The position numbers and the translations under genes were made by a program. Of a DNA stretch of 64,000 nucleotides, positions 1-13,879 are shown piece by piece (the first letter of the stretch is position 1; each line of letters begins with the position of its first letter). The notes under the pieces are model-generated. The model had not been told where the DNA came from. It did not search any database and saw only the letters and a list, made by a program, of their open reading frames with translations. Location: the NCBI GenBank assembly GCA_964016885.1, contig OZ024740.1:132866001-132930000 (forward strand). The letters run 5' to 3'. The DNA is from Eledone cirrhosa. Its lineage: Eukaryota.

Positions 1-1
1 A

Positions 2-1708
2 TCTTCTGCTTCATTTCTACAATTTGATATAGATAATTACTATTCTTCTATATCACCTATACTCCTGAACAAAGCTTTGATATTTGCTAAAAATAGATCT
101 AACTTAACTTTGGATGACATTAATATTATTACACATGCTAAACTAACACTTATTGAATTTCAGAATGAATACTGGACCAGAAACACATATAGTAATCTAT
201 TTGATATTACTATGGGCTCAAGCGATTCTGCCCATATCACTGATCTTGTGGGCCTCTTTCTTCTTTTTAACATATATGCTTCCTTTCCCCACCTTAAAGG
301 TGGTTTATATCGTGATGACTGTCTTCTTCTTTCCAACAACCTTAGCCTCTCAGGAATAGAAAAAAACAAAAAGCTTATTAGAACTTTCCTTAAAGACTAT
401 TATAGTCTAGATATTACTTTTGAAAACACAAGTAAAGTAGTTAATTTCCTAGATATAACTTTAGACTTGGCTACGGGTATCTACCAACCTTACCATAAAC
501 CCAACCAAAACTTACACTACATACACTGACAATCTAATCACCCTAAAACTATCCTTAAAAACCTTGCATATAATATATCACTTAGAATTTCTAACCTTTC
601 GTCTAACCAAGATGTATTTCATAAAAATGCGACCTTCTATAACGAAGCTCTAGCTAGAAGTGGCCACAAAAATAGATTGGAATATATACCTTCTACCAAT
701 AACACTATAAACATACAACCTAATATTACCAACAAACACCAAATGAAACGTACACACCTAAATGCCACTCACACTATACCCCAAAATACCAACATAAAAT
801 TAAATTTCTCTAACTCCTCTAATATAAAGTATAGTAACTCTCAAAAAACTACTCATCATACAACTCTAATAAATGTTAATAATAAAACTCCTAATAAACA
901 AGCTAAAATACCTAAATCAATAAATCTAACTAAAAATGTGCGTGGAGAGGTCATTAACAATAATCCTCCTAGTAAATATCAGGATGCATCATATAAAAAC
1001 AATAAACAACATAGAAACCGTAATAGAAGAGTTACTTGGTATAATGCTCCATTTAATTTACAAATTAAGTATAATATACCTAAAACATTTTTTAATATCC
1101 TAGAGAAAAACTTCCCGCCAAACCACAAATACCATCAAATCTTAAATATATCAACAGTTAAATTCTCATACTCAACAACCAAAAACATAAAACAAAATAT
1201 AAGTGCCTATAATGCATATAAATGTAAAATAACCATAAGTATACCACCAGTACATCAAACTAGCCATAATATCTCCTCAAATACAGAATTAACGAAAGGT
1301 TGTAACTGTAGAAACAAGGCAAACTGCCCATTAAAAGGAAATTGTCTTGTTAACAACATAGTATATAAATGTAAAGTTAAAACTAAGGATTCTATTTGCA
1401 CATATATAGGAGCTACTTCTAACAATTTTAAGGTAAGGTTTAATACCCACAAACATAGTTTTAAAAATGTCGCACTGGCTAATACAACATCTCTAGCAGA
1501 AAAAATTAATAATTATAGAAATAAGAATATAGAATATGATATGACCTGGAGTGTGCTCAAAAGAGCCACCCCTTATCAAAATAATAGAAATGAATGTAGA
1601 TTGTGTTCCCAAGAACTATTTGAAATAATGAAATCTAAGCGACAGAAATTAATAATATCGTGTAATCATAAACTGAGAAAAACATTTAAATATTATAAAC
1701 CTAATTAA
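2..1708 (+). pseudogene. Penelope-like element ORF (RT C-terminal half, linker, GIY-YIG endonuclease), runs off left edge, one in-frame TGA at 527-529
   Basis: One frame: FLQFDIDNYYSSI, FDITMGSSDSAHITDLVG, GLYRDDCL, VNFLDITLDL, RNRRVTWYNAPF, CNCRNKANCPLKGNCL, NIVYKC..YIGATSNNFKVRFNTH, CRLCSQE. Lacks DILLNK relative to the second copy. Confidence 0.93.
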
Positions 1709-2790
1709 TAATATATATTTTAGAAATTAATATATAAATTAATTTTAATGTAGTTAACCTGTAATTTTAATTTAATTAAAATTCTACTACAGATGAAATT
1801 AAAAAATATCGTATAATCATAAACTGTGAAAAACATTTAAATATTATTAACCTAATTAATATATACTTTGGAAATTAATATATAGATTAATTTTAGTTTA
1901 TTTAACCTATTATTAAAATTCTTTTACAGATGAAATACAACAAAATATCGTGTAATTAAAAACGGAGAAATACTTTTTAATATTATAAACCTAATTAATA
2001 TACAATTTAGAAATTAATATATAAATTAATTTTAATTTAATTAACCTATAATTTTAATTTAGTTAGCTTATAATTAAAATTCTAATACAGATGAAATGCA
2101 GAATATCGTGTAATCATAAACTGAGAAAAACTTTTAAATATATACCTAATTAATATACACTTTACAAATTAATATATAGATTAATTTTAATTTAGTTAAC
2201 CTATAATTAAAATTCTACTATAGATAAAATACAAAATTTTGCTTTAATTATTATAAACCTAATTAACATATACTATAGAAATTAATATATAATTTTTAAT
2301 TTAGTTAACCCATAATTAATAATCTACTACCGATGAAATACTTAATTTGGCTTTCCCTCTTACAAAATTAATTTCATAAAATTGATACCATCATGTAAAT
2401 ATATGTAATTATTTTTTAAGTTAGTTATGCTATAATTAATACTCTACTTATGTTTAACTTCAAAATTCCGCTTTAAATATTATAAACCTAATTAGTATAC
2501 ACCTTAGAAATTAATATATTAACTATTTTTATTTAAGTTAACCTATAATTAATATTCTACTTATATTAAAATACATAATTTTTCCCTCTTACAAAATTCA
2601 TTTCCTAAAATTGATACCATCATGTAAATATTTGTAATTATTTTTAATTTAGTTATGCTATAATTAATACTCTACTACTGTTTAACTTCAAAATTCCGCT
2701 TTAAATATTATAAACCTAATTAGTATACACCTTAGAAATTAATATATTAACTATTTTTATTTCAGTTCACCTATAATTAATATTCTATGT
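1655..2790 (+). repeat. Degenerate tandem array (about 120-150 bp units) derived from the 3' end of the PLE ORF
   Basis: Recurrent aatatcgtgtaatcataaactg..aaatattataaacctaattaat..aaaattctactacagatgaaat; near-exact duplication 2355-2580 / 2583-2790. Confidence 0.85.
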
Positions 2791-3175
2791 TCCTTGAAAC
2801 CTATATATTTACTATTTCCCACTAATAATGTTAATCCCCCTTCCCCCTCCCCAAAAAATTATTTGTATTTGTAAGTGTGGATGTGTGTGTGTGTATGTAA
2901 GTGTGTATGTATGTATGTGTGTTTGTATGTGAGTATAAAAATACATATGTGCGCATGTATATGTATGTGTATGTGTATATAAATATATATATATATGTGT
3001 GTATGTATGTATGTGTATGTATATGTATGTGTAGAGATGTGTGTATGTATGTGTATATACGTGTATATGTGTCTGACTGTGTATATATATATGTGTGTGT
3101 ATGTCTCTATATATATGTATGTCTGAGTGTGTGTTTGTGTGGTTGTGTATATATACATGGGTATGTGTGTGTATA

Positions 3176-3235
<60 letters not shown>

Positions 3236-3707
3236 TATATGTGTATATATATATATGGGTATATATTTATATGTATGGGTATATGTTTTACTTATTTTTA
3301 TGTGTGTGCATACAAACAGGTCAATATCCGTGAGTGTAAGTATGTGTATGTGTGTGTGTGTACGTATGTATGTATCGAAAGTATGGATGTGTAAATGTGC
3401 GTGTGTATATAACCATGTATATTTTATGTCTCTCTTTTATGTTTTTTTATATTTCTTTTGTGAGACATGCGTGTCTGTGTATGTACGTACTCCCCCCCCC
3501 TTTTTTTGTCTTTTTTTGTTTCCTTTTTTTGAGTCTTTTCCTTCTATAAAAAAAATTTTTTATTTCTAATTTTATTGATACATATTTATAAGTATGTCGA
3601 GATTGACACTTTCCTTTAATTACTATACTCCCTTACCTCTTTTACTTCCGCATCTAAATGTAAGTCTGTGTGGGCGTGTTTATGTGGGCGCCTCAATATC
3701 CATATAT

Positions 3708-3758
<51 letters not shown>

Positions 3759-4016
3759 TGTCTGTTGATTATAGACATACAGATACATTAGCCCTAAATT
3801 TTTATATTTACATACACTTTTTCAATATACGTATACATATGAGCATACACTTTTATGCACATCTGTGAGCGTATTTACATACATATATACACACACCTAA
3901 CTGTATTTTCTTGATACATTTTTATGTATCTCAATCCTTATTTCATTGGTCTATTTAAAATCTGTTCCCAAACAGACCTATTATTTTGAATTGTTGTTAT
4001 TATCAATAAACAAGCA

Positions 4017-4142
4017 TCATTATTTCTGAAGACAGCATATATATGTGAAGGTATGTATATTCTCTCTGATAGTTTGTATAATTTTGAATGTGCATACCAA
4101 TTCTAACACATATATGTCATAGAAACGATCGTAAAATAATGA
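4017..4142 (+). ncRNA. Type I hammerhead ribozyme with extended stem II (family A)
   Basis: Helix I tcattattt/aaataatga (9 bp); core CTGAAGA 4026-4032; long stem II; GAAA-C-GATC-G-TA 4122-4133. Confidence 0.8.
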
Positions 4143-4206
4143 ACTTTTTTTGTATAATATAAGGAACTGTTTCTTTGTTTATTCATTATTTTTTTAATAA
4201 TTTATG

Positions 4207-4261
<55 letters not shown>

Positions 4262-4269
<8 letters not shown>

Positions 4270-4980
4270 GTGAGGTTTTTTTACAAAATGAAAAATAACC
4301 GAGGTGTCCTACACGAGTGAAAATATACAGAAAAAGAGATGAAATCGAAAATAAAACTGGAGTCTTATTTTTTTTTAAAATATATATATTTATTTGGTTC
4401 CTTTACCGGTTTTGCAGTTCTTCTGCTTTTCAAAAGGTGAGTTGAGATGGAGGGTCTGTGGTTTTTCTCACATCTGATATTATGTGAGATAAAGCCTTTA
4501 CCACAAAAGTACAATTGTAAATATAGAGTAATGTAAATGCTAAAGGGTTAAATATTTTAGTATGTACTGTTTTAGATGGCAGAAAATATTAAGAAAGGAA
4601 ATTGTGTAATTGTGAATCAACAGCTTATGTTATTAACTTACATAGCTCACCTTCACTTATAAAACATACATATATATTTTTTTTTTTTAAAACAATGGGT
4701 CTTATATGCCATTATATAAGGTGTATGTTTTTAGGTGGTAAAAAATTGTATTGAAATAATGTTTGTCTAATGATTGTAGATGATTGAATACCTAGATGCT
4801 GGATTTGTATGGGTTAAAACAGACTTGCATTTTATGTATTGAGACATGTGGAAGCTTAGTAAGATATGGAAGATTTTTTTTTCAGTGGGTTTTACTTTAG
4901 CTATTGATGGCAAAAAAGGTTCCTCGTGTCAGTACTGACACATAAGGACAATGTTGTAGGATGTTATTCAATGAATTTTT
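4262..4980 (-). mobile_element. Non-coding PLE-type repeat, family D
   Basis: 4262-4473 matches 28660-28950; carries an HHR-like motif at 4400-4437. Confidence 0.65.
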
Positions 4981-4997
4981 GATATATATATTTATAT

Positions 4998-5155
<158 letters not shown>

Positions 5156-5428
5156 TATAATGAAATGACAGGAGGCTGGATTTGTATAAATCCTTGAAAG
5201 GTTTATTATACTATGATCATTTCAATGATCATAGTATAATAAACCTTTCAAGGATTACCACAAATCCAGCCTCCTGTCATTTCATTATAATATTTAACTC
5301 CGTAATAGCACCACCAACTACAAAAACAAAGACGGTTGAACTGCCTTACGTTGAGTACTCTCTATACTATTGCATTACGATTGACCATACGGAATAGACT
5401 AGCTCTATACAGTGGTAAACCTCAAACC

Positions 5429-5430
<2 letters not shown>
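5156..5430 (+). repeat. Family B pseudo-LTR fragment folded back as a hairpin with about 65 bp arms
   Basis: 5156-5220 is the inverse of 5225-5290; the continuation matches 26100-26290. Confidence 0.85.
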
Positions 5431-5467
<37 letters not shown>

Positions 5468-5540
5468 ATTCACAACACACATATATATATATATATATCC
5501 ATTCACAACACACATATATATATATATATATCCATTCACA

Positions 5541-5582
<42 letters not shown>

Positions 5583-5667
5583 CTACACACATATAAAACA
5601 CACTCATGTATATACACACATACACATACATACCCACACATATATATATATATATATACATATACAC

Positions 5668-5701
<34 letters not shown>

Positions 5702-5763
5702 ATACACACATATACACATACACATATACAAAGATATATATACATACACACATACATATATAT

Positions 5764-5862
<99 letters not shown>

Positions 5863-5919
5863 TACATATATACATATATATAAAAAAATAAAGAAATAAA
5901 ATAAATAAATAAATTAATT

Positions 5920-8847
5920 AATTAATACACACAGTCAGACAGATATGCACACACATACATATACATACATATATACATACATATATATGTATATATATAT
6001 CTATATATATATACATACATATACATACATATATATATACACATACACACATCAACTACAAATATATATATATATATATATACATATATATACACACACT
6101 CACATATACATGCGCACATACGTACATATATACACATACACACATATACACATAGACGTATACATGTGCATACATATACATACACACATATACCCACATA
6201 AATACATAGATACATATATATATATACATATATATATATACACATATATATTTATATATATACACATAATCATACACCCTTATTTACATGCGCACATATG
6301 TATATTTATATACTCACATACAAACACCCAAACATACATACCGACCTACATATACATACATACCTCCACGCTTACAAATACAAATAATAATAGGGGGGAG
6401 GGGGGAAGGGGATTATAGTAAATATAGGTTTCAAGAAACATAGAATATTAATCTGCATTTAGATCATAATATGTGTTTACATAGTAGTTTCAGTATTAGG
6501 AAATGTAAGAAAGAAGGCAAAATTATGCATTTTAATATAAGTAGACTATTAATTATAGGTTAACTAAATTAAAGATAGTTAATATATTGATTTCTAAGGT
6601 GTATACTACTTAGGTTTATAATATTTGAAGCGGAATTTTGAAGTTAAATAGTAGTAGAGTATTAATTATAGTATAACTAAATTAAAATTATTAACGTTAT
6701 GGTATCAATATTAGGAAATGAATTTAGTAATAGGGAAAAAAACAAATAAAGTATTACATCGGTAGTATAATATAAATTAAAAATTATATATTAATTTCTA
6801 TAGTATATGTTAATTTGGTTTATAATAATTAAAACAGATATTGTATTTTATCTATAGTAGAATATAATTATAGGTAAACAGAAATTAAAATTAATACATA
6901 CACATATATATATACATATACATATACATATTTTTTCAAAAATTGCAAAAAATATATTAACTAGGTATACATCCAAAACCTATCTCAGTCTATGATTACA
7001 TGACACTCTGCAATCCATCTGTATTAGGATATTAATTTTAAGCCAATTAAATTAAATTTTTAGGTTAAACAAATTTAAAACCAAATTATAAATATATTTC
7101 TAAAATGTACATTAATTAGGTCTATAATATTAAAAATTATTTCTCTGTCATTGAATACACGATATTTTGTTATATTTTATCTGTAAAGGAATTTTAATAA
7201 AAGGTTAAATAAATTAAAATTAATCTATAAATTAATTTACGAAGTATATATTAGTAATATTTAAAAGTTTTTCACAATTTATGATTACACAATATTTTAT
7301 AATCTCATCTGTAGTAGAATTTTAATTAAATTAAATTTATAGGTTAACTAACATTTAAATTAAATTATATATTAATTTCTAAAATAATGTTATTAATTAG
7401 GTTTATAATATTTAAATGTTTTTCTTAGTTTATGATTACACGATATAATTAATTCCTGTCGTTTATTTAATAGGATATCCTTAGATTTCATTATTTCAAA
7501 TAGTTCTTGGGAACATAATCTACATTCATTTCTATTATTTTGATAAGGGGTGGCTCTTTTGAGCACAGTCCAGGTCATATCATATTCTATATTCTTATTT
7601 TTATAACTATTGATTTTTTTCTGCTAGAGATGTTGTATTAGCCAGTGCGGCATTTTTAAAACTATGTTTGTGGGTATTAAACCTTACCTTAAAATTGTTA
7701 GAAGTAGCTCCTATATATGAGCAAATAGAATCTTTAGTTTTAACATATTATTTATAAACTATGTTGTTAACAAGACAATTTCCTTTTAATGGGCAGTTTG
7801 CTTTGTTTCTACAGTTACAACCTTTCGTTAATTCTGTATTTGAGGAGATATTATGGTTAGTTTGATGTATTGGTGGTATACTTATGGTATTCTTACATTT
7901 ATATGCATTATAGGCACTTATATTTTGTTTTATGTTATTTGTTGTTGAGTATGAGAATTTAACTGTAGACCTATTTAAGATTTGATGGTATTTGTGGTTT
8001 GGCGGGAAGTTTTTCTCTAGGATATTAAAAAATTTTTTAGCAATATTATCCTTAATTTGTAAATTAAATGGAGCATTATACCAAGTAACTCGTCTATTAC
8101 GGTTTCTATGTTGTTTATTATTTTTATAGGTTGTATCGTGATATTTACTAGGAGGATTAATGTTAATGATCTCACCACGCACATTTTTAGTTAGATTTGT
8201 AGATTTAGGTGTTTTATCTTGTTTATTAGGAGTTTTATTATTAACATTTATTAGAGTTGTATGATGAGTAGTTTTTTGAGAGTTACTATACTTTATATTA
8301 GAAGAGTTGTTGGTATTTTGGGGTATAGTGTGGGTGGCATTTAGGTGTGTACTTTTCATTTGGTGTTTGTTGGTAATATTAGGTAGTATGTTTATAGTAC
8401 TTTTAGTAGAAGGTATATATTCTAATCTATTTTTGTGGCCACTTCTATCTAGAGCTTCGTTATAGAAGGTCGCATTTTTATCAAATACATCTTGGTTAGA
8501 AGAAAGGTTAGAAATTCTAAGTGATATATTATATGCAAGGTTTTTAAGGATAGATTTAGGGTGATTAGATTGTGAGTGTATGTAGTGTAAGTTTTGGTTG
8601 GGTTTATGGTAAGGTTGGTAGATACCCGTAGCTAAGTCTAAAGTTATATCTAGGAAATTTACTACTTTACTTGTTTTTTCAAAAGTAATATGAAGACTAT
8701 AATAGTCTTTAAGGAAAGTTCTAATATGCTTTTTGTTTTTTTCTATTTCTGAAAGGCTAAGGTTGTTGGAAAGAAGAAGACAGTCATCACGATATAAACC
8801 ACCTTTAAGGTAGGGAAAGGAGGCATTTATGTTGAAAAGGATCTGTT

Positions 8848-8850
<3 letters not shown>
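5920..8850 (-). mobile_element. PLE family A copy 2, 5'-truncated and frameshifted
   Basis: ORFs 7748-8857 and 7393-7578 are near-identical in protein to copy 1; 3' repeats 6380-7440 mirror 1655-2870. Confidence 0.92.
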
Positions 8851-9112
<262 letters not shown>

Positions 9113-9699
9113 GAAGAGGTTTGGTCAAAACTTTCTTGCAAACACAATAAACTGGTAACTGCATGCAATCTCTGATTGCGTAGGACTTACCTCTCCCTCA
9201 AACCCCCAAATTACACGGGTGGGTAGACAATGGCTGCAACATCCCTTGCCGAACACGATAGGGGACCCCCGCTTACATAGGTAGATGTACCTCTTTTATT
9301 TTCCTTTGTGTTATCTTCTTCCCTTTGTCTCTTCCTATCACTTCCTTCCACTCCCTATCCTCTTCCTCTACCCTTTTCTCCTTTCACGTACCACGAGGCA
9401 GCCCTTCGGGCCCTTGTAGCCTTAGTAGCCCCACCCCAATAAATTAAAGATAGCCTTGGCCAAAAACGCACTACAAACTAATTATAACAGCTGCTTTAGA
9501 CTCTACATATTTTGTATCAATTCCTACTATCCAATTTGATATTTTATTATATTTTTCTCATATATTTATTATCTTCTAATCTCAATTTATTTACCTATAT
9601 TATAACGTCCCTTACCTGTTTTTTCCAGAATCCTTTTTCGCCTGCTTCCTTTAGCCTAGTTTCATACACAATCCTTAGAATTTGCTGTATATATTTCAC

Positions 9700-9982
9700 T
9701 TTCAACGCTTGACCGGCTCCACCCCCTCATTGTTCTACAGGCAAGTTCAGCCCCCCCCCCCCCCCCCCACCCCCCCACCTCCCACCCACTCTCATGTTAG
9801 ACTTAGTTGTGCTTAAAAGAAATTTTGACTAATCCTCTTGACAACTACAATCTTCCCATATAAGGAATTACTCCTTGAAAAGTTCGGCTATTAATTGATC
9901 ACGCTAAAAATTCTAATTTAGTGCAGGAATAGGCGTCGAAATGGCTTGAGCTCTGACGTTGTGAGTCATACGTTTTCCTATT
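9700..9982 (+). mobile_element. Diverged family E pseudo-LTR with HHR-like motif at 9870-9966
   Basis: ggcaagttcag, ttttgactaatcct, ggaattactcc, cggcta, gtcgaaa and tgagctc are collinear with 28340-28560. Confidence 0.7.
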
Positions 9983-10664
9983 TATAAATATGTATGTGCG
10001 TGGGTGGAGTGTGTGTGTGGGGGGGTATCTATGTATATGTCTGTACGCGTTTGTGTGTACGGGTATATATACGCGTGTGCATGTGTACGCACATGTATGT
10101 GTGTATGTATGTTGATGTATATGGGCATGTGGGTATGTGTCTGTGTGTGTACGTGCCTCTCTGGATGCATGTATGCGTATATTTATATGTTCTCCTTAAA
10201 TATGTGTGTTTAGAGAGCGACTATGCGTATGACTGTTAATATCTATGTGCTTGTGTGTGTGCGCGCGCGTTGATGTGTGAACAACCAAACACACCAGTAA
10301 TTTATTGAAGTGTAGCAGACACGGGATAACTAACGCCCTGATGAACTGCGCACTGGTACCTGTGGTCAGAATTATGATGACGTCGACAACCAGCGTTCAT
10401 TTACAGGACCCGAGAAGAGGAAGAAGTTTTGACAGTACTGTCCCAGAGGGTCAGATACCCCAGTCAGAGAATATGCTCCGAAATCATTAGACGTGTCCGT
10501 CGAACCTGCGGGTCCAGACGCAGACAGATCCACACAATAATCGCGTCTCGAGCTGTCCGCCGGGGAAACAATTGTAACACACAATAAATTGAGTTCAGAT
10601 GCATCACTAATTTTATGTTTTCTATTCTATATTTACTGTATATACGTATATATATATATTTCTT

Positions 10665-12200
10665 TTTATTTAGGTTTGTTGGTTCACCACTGGATCGAAC
10701 TGGTCATTCCGTATGGTCAACCTCGATGTAATATTATGGAGAGCACTCAACGTAATGCAACTCACCCGTCTTCGTTTGTGAAGTTGGTGGTGCGAGTACG
10801 GAGTTATTTATTATAAAATAACAGGAGGCTGGACTGGTGTAAATCCTTGAAAGGTGTATTATACTATGATCATTTCAACGACCGGGTTCAGTATGAATCC
10901 GGTGATATCATCAGGTATTCAAAATATAACAAAGGAATATAACAGATAAAATCCATGGGGCTGAAAATCAGAGACAAGAGGACAACCGACAATTTAGCAG
11001 CTTCTACTTCGGTCGGCCGCCCTCAAGTGTTGATTATTAAGACTACCTATGATCATCTGGTGGAGGGATGCAGGCTTGTAATGTGCTACTACTTCCCTGT
11101 CAAAGAAAAATGTTAGCGTTGAGGTCATGCCTCAATCAAGTTGATCATACGTGCTCTAAATTACCGCGAAAAATGTTTTTTCAAAGAACTCATATCTTCA
11201 ACAAAGACATATATAGTGGGCGTCTGTATGGTATAATGTGTGGACAGAAAATTCGATTACCAATTAGAAACGTTAAACTTATGTTTAGAGTTAGAAGATG
11301 AAATTATAAAAATAAGGTTTAAGGTTTGGGTTGTGAGATTTAGTTAAAGAATTTACAGAAGGATGCTTTTATGAAAAAGTTTAAATGTATTATAGATAGT
11401 CGCGATAAAGTTTCAGGGTAGGATATAGAGTAAAGATTAAGCCCTTGCTTAGCGGTCAATAAACTGCAGCGACTGCAGACCTCCGGCCAGCTCTGCCCTA
11501 ATTGCGTGCCAGCCGTTCCGAGTAATATCGTCTAGCGAAAGAAATGGAAATTAATCTTTCCGTGCACTCCAGGAATATAACTGTCTTAGGCGTCGGGTGC
11601 GGTAGTGGGTTTCCGCTACCAACGGCTGACCATCGTATATACCAGGCGATTACTGGTAATTCACACAGGAGGGGGATTTAGTTAAATGCTAGTAGAAGGA
11701 GGCATGATAGAGCTAATATATATGATTAAACCTAGAATTTAGAGGTACTATTTGGCGGTCAAAGCCAGTGGGGAGGCGGGTTCTAAGTCTGACAGGGCCC
11801 CAGGGCGAAGCAGATGCTCTGAGTAACTTCGTTTACCGAAAGAAGGGGACATTCATTTTTCCAAGCACTCAAGGAAGGCTGATCTATCCGAGCGCCTGGT
11901 GTGCAGTCGGGAAAGCCGCCACATGCGTCGGATCATCGCGTGTTACCAAACGATTATTATTTATTCACACAGGTGATGTGTGATTGAAAGTGCTAAAATC
12001 CGATGAAATGCGCATATAGACTATAATTAGTCCCCAGTTAGTCCGGGTTATATGCAGTGTGGTTCGTGGTTGAATGGGGGAGTGAATAAAGATAAACAGA
12101 TGTAAGGGTACAGAGAGTAATATTCTAGGGTCGTGTGCTAATGAGCACAATCATATGTATATAATGAGAATAAAGCGAGTAAATAAATACATACATACAT
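10665..12200 (-). mobile_element. Family B non-coding PLE-type element, inverted copy
   Basis: Reverse complement of 12480-13850; homologous to 24850-26290. Confidence 0.85.
10861..10918 (-). ncRNA. Type I minimal hammerhead ribozyme (family B)
   Basis: Reverse complement of 13742-13799. Confidence 0.8.
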
Positions 12201-12214
12201 ATTCTACTATAACT

Positions 12215-13850
12215 TGTATTGTATTGACTGAATTCTATACCTTGTACTTCAGGGCCTTTGGCATTCACATTGAATATTAAGACTCGAACATACACTAGGT
12301 ATCACATGATACCACTCCATCTATTATATCCTCTATATATCTGTGTAACTTTGATCTATATTGTATTTCGCATGTGTTTTGATTTCTTCGATATGTTCTT
12401 ATATACTTCCTTTTTACTCCATGCACCACCGCCGTAGTTATGACTGCATTTTATTTATGTATTTTGCTTATTATTACTTTTATGTATGTATTCATTTATT
12501 CGCTTTACTCTCATTATATACTTATCATTGTGCTCATTAGCACACGACCCTAGAATATTACTCTCTGTACCCTTACATCTGTTTCTCTTTATTCAGTCCT
12601 CCTACCTACCCACGAACCACACTGCATATAACCCGGACTAACTGGTCTATATAGTCTATTTGCGCATTTCATCGGATTTTAGCACTTTCAACCTCACATG
12701 ACGGGTGTGAATAAATAATAATCGTTTGATAACACGCGATAATCCCATGGATGTGGCGGCTTTCTCGACTGTACGCCAGGCACTCGGGTAGATCACCCTT
12801 CCTTGAGTGCTAGGAAAAATAAAATTCCCCTTCTTTCGGTAAACGAATTTACTCAGAATGGCTGCTTCACACTGAGGCCCTGTCAGATTTGGAACCCGCC
12901 GCCCCACTGGCTTTGACCGCCAAATAGTACCTCTAAATTCTAGGTTTAATCATAACTATTAGCTGTATCATGCCTCCTTCTACTAGCATTTAACTAAATC
13001 CTCCTCCTGTGTGAATTACTAGTAATCGTCTGGTATATACGATGGTCAGCCGGCGGTGGCGGACTTCCCGCTAACGCACCCGACGCCTAAGACAATTACA
13101 TTCCTGGAGTGCTCGGAAATATTTATTTCCATTTCTTTCGCTAGACGATATTACTCGGAACGGTTGGCACGTAGTTAGGGCAGTGCTTGCCGGAGGTATG
13201 CAGTCGCTGCAGGTTATTGACCGCTAAGCAAGGACTTAATCTTTACTCTATATCCTACCCTAAAGCTTTATCGTGACTATCTATAATACAGTTAAACATA
13301 TTCATAAATTCTTTAACTAAATCTTACAACACAAACCTTAAACCATATTTTTCTAATTTCATCTTCTAACTCTAAACATAAGTTTAACGTTTCTAATTGG
13401 TAATCGAATTTTCTGTCCACACATTATACCATACAGACGCCCACTGTATATGTCTTTATTGAAAATATATGTTCTTTGAAAAAACACTTTTCGCGGCAAT
13501 TTAGAGCACGCATGATCAACTTGATTGAGGCATGACCTCAACGCTAACATTTTTCTTTGACAGGGAAGTAGTAGCACATTACAAGCCTGCATCCCTCCAC
13601 CAGATGATCATAGGTAGTCTTAATAATCAACACTTGAGGGCGGCCGACCGAAGTAGAAGCTGCTAAATTGTCGGTTGTCCTCTTGTCTCTGATTTTCAGC
13701 CCCATGGATTTTATCTGTTATATTCCTTTGTTATATTTTGAATACCTGATGATATCACCGGATTCATACTGAACCCGGTCGTTGAAATGATCATAGTATA
13801 ATACACCTTTCAAGGATTTACTCCAGTCCAGCCTCCTGTTATTTTATAAT
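12215..13850 (+). mobile_element. Family B non-coding PLE-type element, forward copy
   Basis: Collinear with 24520-26150. Confidence 0.85.
13742..13799 (+). ncRNA. Type I minimal hammerhead ribozyme (family B)
   Basis: atac-CTGATGA-tatc accgg..ccggt cgtt-GAAA-T-GATC-A-TA-gtat. Confidence 0.8.
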
Positions 13851-13879
13851 ATATATATATATATATATATGTGTGTGTA

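Larger units (their letters stand above)
1..4200 (+). mobile_element. PLE family A copy 1 with long 3' region and pseudo-LTR
   Basis: ORF, then tandem repeats and microsatellites shared with copy 2, ending in an HHR-bearing segment that recurs at 8848-8960. Confidence 0.8.

Noticed and set aside
527-529. In-frame TGA in the PLE ORF as selenocysteine, as in Naiad PLEs
   Set aside because: The sister copy has TCA (Ser) at this codon, it is not a Cys position, and no SECIS was recognised; a simple nonsense mutation is more likely
1655-2790. CRISPR-like array
   Set aside because: Degenerate tandem units without unique spacers, eukaryotic context, no cas genes
11068-11301. 77-aa ORF duplicated at 13359-13592
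   Set aside because: Shared only because of the inverted repeat; not kept open in the third copy near 25550-25900
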